The notes under the pieces were generated by a model, which was not told where the DNA came from, did no database searches, and saw nothing but the letters and a program-made list of their open reading frames with translations. Both the position numbers and the translations under genes were made by a program. From Bacteroidota bacterium (GTDB lineage: Bacteria > Bacteroidota > Bacteroidia > NS11-12g > UBA955), in NCBI GenBank assembly GCA_030833525.1, contig JAURGZ010000004.1:8019-72018 (forward strand): a DNA stretch of 64,000 nucleotides, read 5' to 3'. Each line of letters opens with the position of its first letter. The stretch's first letter is position 1. Positions 39,303 to 47,776 of this stretch are shown in pieces.

Positions 39303-40115
39303 ATGCAAACACGGGAAGAAATTGTCGAAAATGCCTGGAACGATCGCAGCCTTTTGGCAGAGGCCAATACATTGAATACCATTGAATCCATCGTCGAAGA
39401 CTTGGACAAAGGCCATTTGCGAGTAGCCGAGCCCCAAGGAGCTGACTGGAAGGTGAATGACTGGGTCAAGAAGGCCGTGATTTTGTATTTCCCCACTCGA
39501 AGCATGGAAACCACTCACGCGGGCCCTCTCGAGTTTCACGACAAAATGCCCTTGAAATCGGGTTACGCCGAATTGGGAATCAGAGTGGTACCGCATGCGG
39601 TAGCTCGCCACGGATCATATTTGGCTCCCGGCGTGGTGCTGATGCCAAGCTATGTGAATATTGGCGCCTATGTAGATTCAGGAACCATGGTTGATACATG
39701 GGCCACTGTGGGTAGCTGCGCTCAAATTGGAAAGAACGTTCACCTCAGCGGCGGTGTGGGAATTGGCGGTGTATTGGAGCCCGTACAAGCGGCCCCAGTC
39801 ATCATCGAAGATGGCGCTTTTGTGGGAAGTCGCTGCATTGTGGTAGAAGGGGTTCGAGTAGGCAAAGAAGCCGTTTTGGGAGCAGGTCTCACCTTGACCA
39901 TGAGCACCAAAGTCATCGATACCCGCACGGGAGAAGAATTGCCCAAAGGCTTTATTCCTCCTCGCAGCGTAGTAATTCCCGGCAATACGGCCAAAACGTT
40001 TGAAGGTGGGACTTTCTATGTGCCTGCCGCCCTGATCATTGGAGAGCGAAAAGCCAGCACCGATCAGAAGACTTCTTTGAATGACGCCCTTCGGGATTTT
40101 AACGTAGCTGTATAA
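39303..40115 (+). CDS. dapD: 2,3,4,5-tetrahydropyridine-2,6-dicarboxylate N-succinyltransferase
   Basis: Hexapeptide-repeat LbH domain with DapD-type N-terminus; 270 aa. Confidence 0.88.
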   Translation: MQTREEIVENAWNDRSLLAEANTLNTIESIVEDLDKGHLRVAEPQGADWKVNDWVKKAVILYFPTRSMETTHAGPLEFHDKMPLKSGYAELGIRVVPHAVARHGSYLAPGVVLMPSYVNIGAYVDSGTMVDTWATVGSCAQIGKNVHLSGGVGIGGVLEPVQAAPVIIEDGAFVGSRCIVVEGVRVGKEAVLGAGLTLTMSTKVIDTRTGEELPKGFIPPRSVVIPGNTAKTFEGGTFYVPAALIIGERKASTDQKTSLNDALRDFNVAV

Positions 40116-41182
40116 TGCGCATTGGGTTCGACGCCAAAAGGCTTTTCTTCAATTCTTCGGGACTGGGCAATTACGCTCGGTTTCATGCGGGAATCATGAG
40201 AGATATGCCAGGCTTCGAATCAATTTGGCTCAGTCCCCAATCAGCCAGCCGAGATGGTTTGCAGGCTCACTGCCCAAAAAGGAGTTATCCCGGATTTCGA
40301 AGTTGGGGCATGGGAAAGTGGGCAACCCATCAAGGCATTGAAATCTATCACGGCCTGAGCAATGAACTCCCATTTGACTGGCCGAGTAAGCAAGCCTCTG
40401 TGGTAAGCGTTCACGATACCATTTTCTTGGATTACCCAGACTATTATTCGCGTTGGGACCGCATGATTTACCGAATAAAACTGCAATCGGCTCTGCAAAA
40501 AGCACATGCAGTGGTGGCAACCAGCGAATTCACTAAGTCCCGGCTCGAATCATACTTCCCTACGTTGGACAACGTGCAGGTGATTTACCAGGGCCTGCAT
40601 CCCGAGTTTACGCAATTTCAAGACCATAAGCCTTTGACCACGGAAAGGCCTTATTTCATTTACCATTCGACCTTCAATGCCCGCAAAAATCACCGAACCT
40701 TGTTGGAGGCCTTTTCTTTGATACACAAGCAGTGCGATTGGGATTTGGTCTTGATAGGTAGGCCCGGTTCTGAATGGAAAGCGCTGAACCACTGGGTTTC
40801 CAACCAAGGGTTTGGGAATAGGGTTGCCATGCTTTGCGATTTGCCTCAATCTGAACTGATGGGGTATTTACGGTCGGCTTCGGCATTCGTTTACCCCAGT
40901 TTTTCAGAAGGTTTTGGCATTCCCTTGATCGAAGCGCAGGCCATGGGATTGCCCATGGCTGTGAGCAGGATTCCCGTTTTTGAAGAGCTTTTGGCCGGAG
41001 GCGCTCTGTATTTTCATCCCAATAACAGCGAGGAAATGGCTTCTGCTATGCTCGAATTGCAGCGTTCAGAAACGCGCATTCGCCTGCTGAGTGAATCCCA
41101 GCAGCAAAGCCAGCGATGGGAACGCCATCGAATACGGGATCAATGGGCGACTTTATACAATCAACTCACAAGGAGCCTCTGA
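40115..41182 (+). CDS. Glycosyltransferase family 4 (GT-B fold)
   Basis: C-terminal GT1/GT4 signature (EGFGIPLIEAQAMGLP). Confidence 0.8.
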   Translation: MRIGFDAKRLFFNSSGLGNYARFHAGIMRDMPGFESIWLSPQSASRDGLQAHCPKRSYPGFRSWGMGKWATHQGIEIYHGLSNELPFDWPSKQASVVSVHDTIFLDYPDYYSRWDRMIYRIKLQSALQKAHAVVATSEFTKSRLESYFPTLDNVQVIYQGLHPEFTQFQDHKPLTTERPYFIYHSTFNARKNHRTLLEAFSLIHKQCDWDLVLIGRPGSEWKALNHWVSNQGFGNRVAMLCDLPQSELMGYLRSASAFVYPSFSEGFGIPLIEAQAMGLPMAVSRIPVFEELLAGGALYFHPNNSEEMASAMLELQRSETRIRLLSESQQQSQRWERHRIRDQWATLYNQLTRSL

Positions 41183-41723
41183 AAATCTTAACGGCGATGG
41201 CCAGGAGAATGACACCGAAGAATTTACGCATGGTCAACATGCCGGCTTGCCCAATTTTTTTCTCAAGCCAATCGGTACCCCGTAAGACGATATAAATCAG
41301 GACCAAATTGGGAATGATGCCCATGAGTATTGTGGCCTCAGAATAAACGGTTTTAAGCGATAAAATCGTTGTCAACGTACCTGAACCGGCGATGATGGGG
41401 AATGCCACAGGAACAATGCTGCCACTTGGAGCATTGGGGTCGGTGCGAAAAATATCGATGCCCAGTACCATTTCCAAACCCAGTAAAAACATGACAACGC
41501 TTCCTGCCAAAGCGAAGGAAGATTGGTCGATGCCCAGCAAGCGCAAAAACGATTCTCCAGCCAAGAGAAAACCGATCATCAGGGCGGCAGAAGCCAAGGT
41601 TACCTTCAAGGGATGAATGTGTCCAATTTTGGTCTTCAATGAAACCAAGATGGGAATGGAACCCAACATGTCAATGACCGCAAAAAGGGTAAAGAAGACA
41701 GTTAATGATTCGTTCCAATTCAT
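41166..41723 (-). CDS. MarC family integral membrane protein
   Basis: 185 aa, six predicted TM segments, UPF0056/MarC N-terminus (FTLFAVIDMLGSIPI). Confidence 0.8.
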   Translation of the reverse strand: MNWNESLTVFFTLFAVIDMLGSIPILVSLKTKIGHIHPLKVTLASAALMIGFLLAGESFLRLLGIDQSSFALAGSVVMFLLGLEMVLGIDIFRTDPNAPSGSIVPVAFPIIAGSGTLTTILSLKTVYSEATILMGIIPNLVLIYIVLRGTDWLEKKIGQAGMLTMRKFFGVILLAIAVKIFRGSL

Positions 41724-41732
41724 AGCACCAAG

Positions 41733-42545
41733 TTAATGAAAAGGACTGTCGGGTTCTTTGGATATGACACGATAGGCCACCCAATCAGCCAATCGGCTGC
41801 TCAAGGCATTGATCAGCAAGGCCATTTTCCCTTGAAAAGTCAACACCAAATGGGTTCTGCGTCGTTCAACGGCACGAACGATGTGTTGGGCCACTTCTTC
41901 AGAGCTCATGAGTTTCTTTTCATTCAAGGGAGACTCTTTTTGGGTGTCGCCCTGTGCATTCAAAGCGGTTTTGCGTATGTTGCTTGCCGTATAGCCCGGA
42001 CATGCAATCAAGACATGCAGGCCGGTATGGCGGTTTTCAATGCGCAAACTTTCCAGAAAACCGTGCATGGCGAACTTAGAGGCACTGTAACCGGTACGAG
42101 CAGGCAATCCTTTGAAACCGGCCACTGAAGAAACACCGATGACACTGCCTTTGCTCGCGAGCAAATGGGGCAGGGCATACTTGGTGCAGTACACGGCTCC
42201 CCAAAAATTGATGCGCATGACGCGTTCCAAAACTTCAACATCGACATCTGTGAACAGCGCTCGCATGCTAATGCCCGCATTGTTGTATAAGGCATCGATG
42301 CGCCCAAAGGCAGACACGGCAGAATCGATTAGTTTTTGGCAATCTTCGGGGAAGCTTACATCGCCAATAACCGATACAACCTTAACACCATGAGATTCAC
42401 AATGCGCTACAGTATCAGATAAGGCTGTAGCATTTCGAGCCATCAAGGCCAAATGGTGCCCTTTTTGAGCCAACTCAATGGCCAGAGATTGACCAATTCC
42501 ACTGGAGGCACCTGTCACTATGCTGCAGGGAGTTATTCTTTCCAT
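41733..42545 (-). CDS. SDR family oxidoreductase
   Basis: TGASSGIG cofactor motif, NNAG, YxxxK catalytic dyad (YSASK). Confidence 0.85.
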   Translation of the reverse strand: MERITPCSIVTGASSGIGQSLAIELAQKGHHLALMARNATALSDTVAHCESHGVKVVSVIGDVSFPEDCQKLIDSAVSAFGRIDALYNNAGISMRALFTDVDVEVLERVMRINFWGAVYCTKYALPHLLASKGSVIGVSSVAGFKGLPARTGYSASKFAMHGFLESLRIENRHTGLHVLIACPGYTASNIRKTALNAQGDTQKESPLNEKKLMSSEEVAQHIVRAVERRRTHLVLTFQGKMALLINALSSRLADWVAYRVISKEPDSPFH

Positions 42546-43060
42546 TTGATGCTGCAGCCAACGGCTGGAATTTCGGGGTAATCGATTTCCAATCCATCCA
42601 ATGTGTATTCAATGGCATCTTCCAAATGCACACTCATCACTCCTGATTCATTCTCCCAATTGTCATCGATAGCCCCTTTGTAAACCAATTCACGTCTGGA
42701 ATTGAAAACGAATACCTCGGGGGTTTTCTGGGCACCTAACGATTTGAGAACCGCCTGATTTTCGTCGTACAAGTAAGGGAAAGGAAGGCGGTATTGCTGC
42801 GCCAATCGCTGCATTTCAGAAAAGGAGTCGGCCGGTTTTTGCACCACGTCATTCCCATTGATGGCCACCATCGCCAAGTTGTCTTCTTCAAATTTCTTGA
42901 ATAAGCGCACCAAGCGGGGCCAATAAGCCAATGCATAGGGGCAATGGTTGCAGGTCACTACCAAAACCATGGCGTACTTATCTGCGAAATCAAAGGAATT
43001 AACCATTTGATTTTCTGTGCTTTTCAAGCAAAATGGCTTGAGAGAATCCCCGATGTTCAT
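42533..43060 (-). CDS. Thioredoxin-fold family protein
   Basis: CxxC (CNHCPY) in a thioredoxin-like fold; 175 aa. Confidence 0.7.
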   Translation of the reverse strand: MNIGDSLKPFCLKSTENQMVNSFDFADKYAMVLVVTCNHCPYALAYWPRLVRLFKKFEEDNLAMVAINGNDVVQKPADSFSEMQRLAQQYRLPFPYLYDENQAVLKSLGAQKTPEVFVFNSRRELVYKGAIDDNWENESGVMSVHLEDAIEYTLDGLEIDYPEIPAVGCSIKWKE

Positions 43061-43156
43061 TGAGTATGCAATTTACAATGGAAAAAGCAGGAAAACCATT
43101 GCCCAAAATTGCCAATTTTCATGGTTTGGGCCAATCCTTTTGTTTATTTTGCAACC

Positions 43157-44920
43157 ATGTCTGACTTCGTAGTTTCGGCCCGCAAATACAGACCATTGGC
43201 CTTTGATCAAGTGGTTGGCCAGCGCCATGTTGCGGACACGTTGATGCACGAAATCAACAGCGGCAAATTGGCCCAAGCTTTTTTATTTACCGGTCCCCGT
43301 GGAGTGGGAAAAACTACCTGCGCCCGCATTTTGGCCAAAGTCATCAACCAAAAAGAAACGGCAGACGGCAAAGAGAGTGATTTTGCCTTCAATATTTTTG
43401 AACTGGATGCAGCTTCTAACAATAGCGTGGATGACATTCGGCATTTGATTGACCAGGTTCGCATTCCACCTCAAGTAGGTAAATACAAGGTATACATCAT
43501 TGATGAGGTGCACATGCTCTCGGCTCAGGCTTTCAATGCCTTTTTGAAAACCTTGGAAGAACCTCCTTCTTATGCCATTTTCATTCTAGCTACTACCGAG
43601 AAGCATAAGATTCTGCCCACCATTTTGTCGCGTTGCCAAGTATTCAATTTCAATCGCATTGCAACCGAAGACATGGTTCAACACCTCAAAGGCATTGCCG
43701 AAAAAGAAGGGGTGCAAGCCGATGCTGATGCCCTTCATTTGATTGCCGTCAAAGCCGACGGGGGGCTGCGCGATGCACTGAGTATGTTTGACCAATTGGT
43801 AAGCTTTGGAGAGGGCAAATTGGAGTACAGCCAAGCCATTGAGATTCTCAGTGTACTGGATCCCGATTACTTTTTCAACCTCACCGATACATTGCACCAG
43901 GCCAAGGCTTCTGAAGCACTCATGCAATTCGATTCCATATTGAAGAAGGGATTTGACGGTTCGGTCTTTGTCTCTTCATGGGCCCATCACCTGCGCAATT
44001 TGGTCATGTGTCAAGATGCAAAGACAGCTTCTTTGCTCGATGTAGGAGAAGGATTTCGCGAGAAATATTTGGAGCAATCGCATCGCCTGGGATTTGGATA
44101 TTTACTCAACAGCCTAAACTTGGTATCTGAGTGCGATGAGAAATACAAGACCAGTCGCAATCCCCGATTGCTGTTGGAATTGTGTTTGCTCAAAATGGCG
44201 CAATTGCCCTTGTTGCTGAATGCCTTGCCGAGCTTTGACGAACTAAAAAAAAAAGGCCTTAACTTAGGTTCTGTTCGTCCCATTTCTGATCGCAAACCTC
44301 GAGCAGAAGCCCAAATCATACTGGAGTCTCCCCGAAATCAAGCCCGCGAAGATGCGGCTCAGGTTTCGCAATCGCCTGTGCCCACACCTGAGGCGTCAGG
44401 TCCCCCTGCCGTCAGCAACCCCGCTTTGAGCAAGGCAAGAACGGCCGCCTTACCTTTGTCTAAGGGCTTTGAAGCTTTCAAGGCTCAAAAGCGTCCCGCT
44501 GTAGCTCCAACCCCCTCTGAGCCTGAAGTGCAGCTACAGGAGCCTAGCCCTTCACCCGAAGGATCTGGCACCCTTCAAGAAGATGCAGTCAAACAAGCAT
44601 GGAACCGCTGGTGTGAACAACAATCGCCCCGCATCAAAGCTTCTTTGCTCGCGGCTGATTTGAAACTAGAAGGAAGTACCATAAACGCCTGCTTTACGGC
44701 TTCCCATGTCAAAGAAATTCTCGAAGAAGTTCGCGTTGAACTCTTGGCCTATTTGCATCATACGCTTTCTACCCAAGGCCTGAGTGTGGAATTCCAAAAG
44801 TTGGAAACTGAAACCGAGACTCGAAAACCATATACAGATAAAGAAAAGTTGGATTTCTTGATGGAAAAGCATCCCAAACTCAAGGAGGCCGTAGACTTGT
44901 TGAATCTGCGTATTCCCTAG
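43157..44920 (+). CDS. dnaX: DNA polymerase III subunit gamma/tau
   Basis: ORF 43109..44920, with the likely start MSDFVVSARKYRPLAFDQVVGQ at 43157. It has an AAA+ Walker A (GPRGVGKTT), DExx (IIDEVHML) and the SRC motif. Confidence 0.92.
   Translation: MSDFVVSARKYRPLAFDQVVGQRHVADTLMHEINSGKLAQAFLFTGPRGVGKTTCARILAKVINQKETADGKESDFAFNIFELDAASNNSVDDIRHLIDQVRIPPQVGKYKVYIIDEVHMLSAQAFNAFLKTLEEPPSYAIFILATTEKHKILPTILSRCQVFNFNRIATEDMVQHLKGIAEKEGVQADADALHLIAVKADGGLRDALSMFDQLVSFGEGKLEYSQAIEILSVLDPDYFFNLTDTLHQAKASEALMQFDSILKKGFDGSVFVSSWAHHLRNLVMCQDAKTASLLDVGEGFREKYLEQSHRLGFGYLLNSLNLVSECDEKYKTSRNPRLLLELCLLKMAQLPLLLNALPSFDELKKKGLNLGSVRPISDRKPRAEAQIILESPRNQAREDAAQVSQSPVPTPEASGPPAVSNPALSKARTAALPLSKGFEAFKAQKRPAVAPTPSEPEVQLQEPSPSPEGSGTLQEDAVKQAWNRWCEQQSPRIKASLLAADLKLEGSTINACFTASHVKEILEEVRVELLAYLHHTLSTQGLSVEFQKLETETETRKPYTDKEKLDFLMEKHPKLKEAVDLLNLRIP
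44245..44262 (+). other. Candidate programmed -1 frameshift / transcriptional slippage site in dnaX (A10 run followed by TAA in the -1 frame)
   Basis: In dnaX, codons CUA AAA AAA AAA GGC at 44243-44257 form an A10 run. The -1 frame reads AGG CCT TAA, a stop at 44260-44262. The +1 frame reaches TAG at 44265-44267. Confidence 0.45.
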
Positions 44921-44966
44921 GTTTTGGCTTTGTTGTGCAGATTGCTGCTCGTATTTTTGTATCTCC

Positions 44967-46136
44967 ATGTCTGAGGCACGCTCCCTTCCCTCGTTTGACA
45001 ATACCGCAGTGGCCTTTGCTCATAAGAGCAATTGGCAATTGCGAAAAGCAAAATGGCTATTTCGCTCATTTGGATTTACTTGGCTTCTCAAGCATGGGAA
45101 TACCCTCTCCAAATGGGCTCTTCTTTTGGGTTTTAAGGGCCTGATTCGCAATACCATTTTCGAACAATTTTGCGGAGGTGAATCAGCCGAAAGCAGCGAA
45201 AAGGCAATTGAAAACCTTCATCAATTGGGTGTAGGAACCATTTTGGATTATTCGGTCGAGGGAGAAGAAACCGAAGATGTTTTTGAAACAACTGCCCGTG
45301 AAATTGCCGTGAGCATTCGCAAAGCAGGCTCAGACCCACGCATTCCTTTTGCCGTATTCAAAGCCACAGGCATCATGCCTTTTGATTTGCTCGTAGCTCA
45401 GAGCAGCGGGCAAGCTTTGACCAAAGAACAGCAAGCCATTTGGGACAGGGCAGAAACACGATTCATGGGTCTTTGTGCGCTGGCCGAAGAGTGCCAAGTT
45501 CGCTTGTTCATCGATGCAGAAGAATCGTGGATACAACCTGCCATTGATGCCTTGGCCGAAACAGCCATGCTCAAACACAACCACAGCCGCTGCTTGATTT
45601 ACAATACCATTCAGTTGTATCGCCACGATCGTTTGGCTTATCTAAAAGAACAGATTCAAAAAGGTCAGCACCTGTTGGGATTCAAATTGGTTCGAGGTGC
45701 CTACATGGAAAAGGAGCGAGAACGCGCTCAAAAATACGGGTACCCGAGTCCCATACAAGTGAATAAAGAGAGCACCGATCGCGATTACGACCTGGCTGTT
45801 ATGCACTGCTTGGAACACCGTAATCGCGTATCCATTTGCATTGGAACTCACAATGAGAAAAGCAGTTTGCTTGCTGCCCAATACTTGGTCGATCACGCCG
45901 TAGACGCCTCAGACTCCGTGTATTTTTCTCAACTCTTGGGCATGAGCGATCACATCAGTTTCAACTTGTCATCCAAAGGGTTTCGAGTGGCCAAATATGT
46001 CCCCTATGGACCCATTGCTTCGGTCATGCCTTATTTGTTGCGCCGAGCACAAGAAAACAGCTCAGCCAAGGGCCAGGCTGGCAGAGAATTGGTTTTAATT
46101 GAAACCGAAATAGTACGCAGAAAAAAATCAGCATGA
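44967..46136 (+). CDS. Proline dehydrogenase family protein
   Basis: PRODH TIM-barrel motifs (KLVRGAYMEKE, QLLGMSD, YVPYGP...YLLRRAQEN). Confidence 0.82.
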   Translation: MSEARSLPSFDNTAVAFAHKSNWQLRKAKWLFRSFGFTWLLKHGNTLSKWALLLGFKGLIRNTIFEQFCGGESAESSEKAIENLHQLGVGTILDYSVEGEETEDVFETTAREIAVSIRKAGSDPRIPFAVFKATGIMPFDLLVAQSSGQALTKEQQAIWDRAETRFMGLCALAEECQVRLFIDAEESWIQPAIDALAETAMLKHNHSRCLIYNTIQLYRHDRLAYLKEQIQKGQHLLGFKLVRGAYMEKERERAQKYGYPSPIQVNKESTDRDYDLAVMHCLEHRNRVSICIGTHNEKSSLLAAQYLVDHAVDASDSVYFSQLLGMSDHISFNLSSKGFRVAKYVPYGPIASVMPYLLRRAQENSSAKGQAGRELVLIETEIVRRKKSA

Positions 46137-47194
46137 ACAGTTGGATAAAATCAAGTTGGAAACCGCTGGGATTGTTGTTGGTCATGGGCACCGTAGTAGC
46201 CGGTTTGTTCGTTCCGCTGAAACCCGGCATTTTGGATGTGAACCCTCAGAAATTAGAAGGACCTACGCCTGAACTCAACTGTTTCGTTTACAATGTCCCG
46301 GAGAATTGGAAAGCGACCGAAGTGGTACTGCAATCAGGCCCTCATCAATGGAGAAGCAACCGCTTGAGTAGCCTTCAAAAAGGCCAAATATCGGCTAGTT
46401 TTCATCCCAATAACAGTCAACCCGAATCGGCCTTCAACCGGCTTTATTCTGTTTTTGTGCACCTGGAAAACGACAGCCAGGGCACTTGGATGGGATTGCC
46501 AGATGCCGTTTGGTTGGACCTGAGTACTCGCAGTTCCGATAGTGTGTCCACAACGGTTGCTCAGTCTGCCAAAGAAGAAGGGGATCGTTTCTCAGGATTG
46601 CCCCATCGCCCCATATTGAACGAGAGCATTCGCAACCAATTCTTTCATGTGCCCATGTGGTTTGCCATGATGTTTTTGCTGCTGTTTTCAGCTGTCTATG
46701 CAGTGCTGTACTTGATCAAAGGGCAGATGGACGATGATACACGAGCCGATGCCTTCATACGAGCCGCCTTAGTAGCCGGTGTAATTGGGTGTGTGACGGG
46801 AGCCGTGTGGGCTAGGGCCACCTGGGGCGATTGGTGGCCAAGGGATCCCAAATTGAATGGTGTGGCCTTGGGCATGTTGATGTATTTCGCTTATTTGTTG
46901 CTGCGCTCTACTTTGAAAGATCCCTTGCAGCGCGCCCGTCTTTCCAGCGTTTATGGCATTTTCGTCTTCCCGCTGTTCATTGCCTTGATTTGGATCATGC
47001 CCAAACTCTCGAGCAACACGCTGCATCCCGGCAGCGGGGGCACGGTAGGTTTCAAGAAATACGACTTGGATGACACCTTGAAAATGATTTTTTATCCAGC
47101 GGTAATCGGTTGGATATTGGTATACACCTGGATAGCCCAATTGGTCTATCGAACAAAAAAACTCGAACAATCCCAAGAGCAAGACCATGCTTAA
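46133..47194 (+). CDS. ccmC: Cytochrome c biogenesis protein CcmC-like (WWD-domain heme handling protein) with long N-terminal periplasmic extension
   Basis: Trp-rich WWD motif (WARATWGDWWPRDPK) and TM helices in the C-terminal 200 aa; the N-terminal 150 aa are extra relative to canonical CcmC. Confidence 0.65.
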   Translation: MNSWIKSSWKPLGLLLVMGTVVAGLFVPLKPGILDVNPQKLEGPTPELNCFVYNVPENWKATEVVLQSGPHQWRSNRLSSLQKGQISASFHPNNSQPESAFNRLYSVFVHLENDSQGTWMGLPDAVWLDLSTRSSDSVSTTVAQSAKEEGDRFSGLPHRPILNESIRNQFFHVPMWFAMMFLLLFSAVYAVLYLIKGQMDDDTRADAFIRAALVAGVIGCVTGAVWARATWGDWWPRDPKLNGVALGMLMYFAYLLLRSTLKDPLQRARLSSVYGIFVFPLFIALIWIMPKLSSNTLHPGSGGTVGFKKYDLDDTLKMIFYPAVIGWILVYTWIAQLVYRTKKLEQSQEQDHA

Positions 47195-47366
47195 TCTACT
47201 CTCATCATTCAACGAGGCCGCTGTAGGCTTCTTGGTTAGCGAAGCCAAATTCAACGCCACGGCCACTGTTTTGGTCATCATCATGCTGGGCCTAGGTCTG
47301 TATTTGTTTCGACTGGATCGAAAGTTGAGCCGCATGGAAAAAAACCAGGAGGGCCGAGACACATGA
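47187..47366 (+). CDS. ccmD: CcmD-like small membrane protein (59 aa); not present in the ORF track
   Basis: My manual translation is MLNLLSSFNEAAVGFLVSEAKFNATATVLVIIMLGLGLYLFRLDRKLSRMEKNQEGRDT*, a single TM with a charged tail. Its ATG overlaps the ccmC-like stop and its TGA overlaps the ccmE ATG (ATGA). Confidence 0.5.
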   Translation: MLNLLSSFNEAAVGFLVSEAKFNATATVLVIIMLGLGLYLFRLDRKLSRMEKNQEGRDT

Positions 47367-47773
47367 AACCCTTGCACATTGCATTGATCATCATAGCCGC
47401 CATTGGGTTGGCTACCGTGATAAGCTTGTACGGCAATACGGCACAATACGTATCGTTTTCTGAAGCCGAAGCCTTATCGCAAGAGCATCCATTCAAGGAG
47501 TACCATGTGGTTTGCAAACTCAACAAGTCCAAACCCCTGGAATACGATGCTCAAGAAGATGCCAATCGCTTGGTTTTTTTCGCCGTCGATAGCTTGGGTA
47601 ACGAAAGCCAAGTGATTTTCAACAAGCCCAAACCCCAAGACATGGAACGAAGCGAAAAACTGGTTTTGATTGGCCGCCACAAATCAGGTGTATTCTATGC
47701 CAGCAACATCTTGTCCAAATGCCCTTCGAAATACGAAGATGCGCCCGTTCAAGTAGGAACCGCTAAGAATTAA
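47363..47773 (+). CDS. ccmE: Cytochrome c maturation protein CcmE-like heme chaperone
   Basis: 136 aa; N-terminal TM anchor then OB-fold-like periplasmic domain; position between ccmC/D and ccmF. Confidence 0.65.
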   Translation: MKPLHIALIIIAAIGLATVISLYGNTAQYVSFSEAEALSQEHPFKEYHVVCKLNKSKPLEYDAQEDANRLVFFAVDSLGNESQVIFNKPKPQDMERSEKLVLIGRHKSGVFYASNILSKCPSKYEDAPVQVGTAKN

Positions 47774-47776
47774 ACC

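Noticed and set aside
46769-47446. 225-aa minus-strand ORF antisense to ccmC/ccmD
   Set aside because: It is antisense to a translationally coupled operon, has no recognisable features and is most likely an artefact of codon bias.
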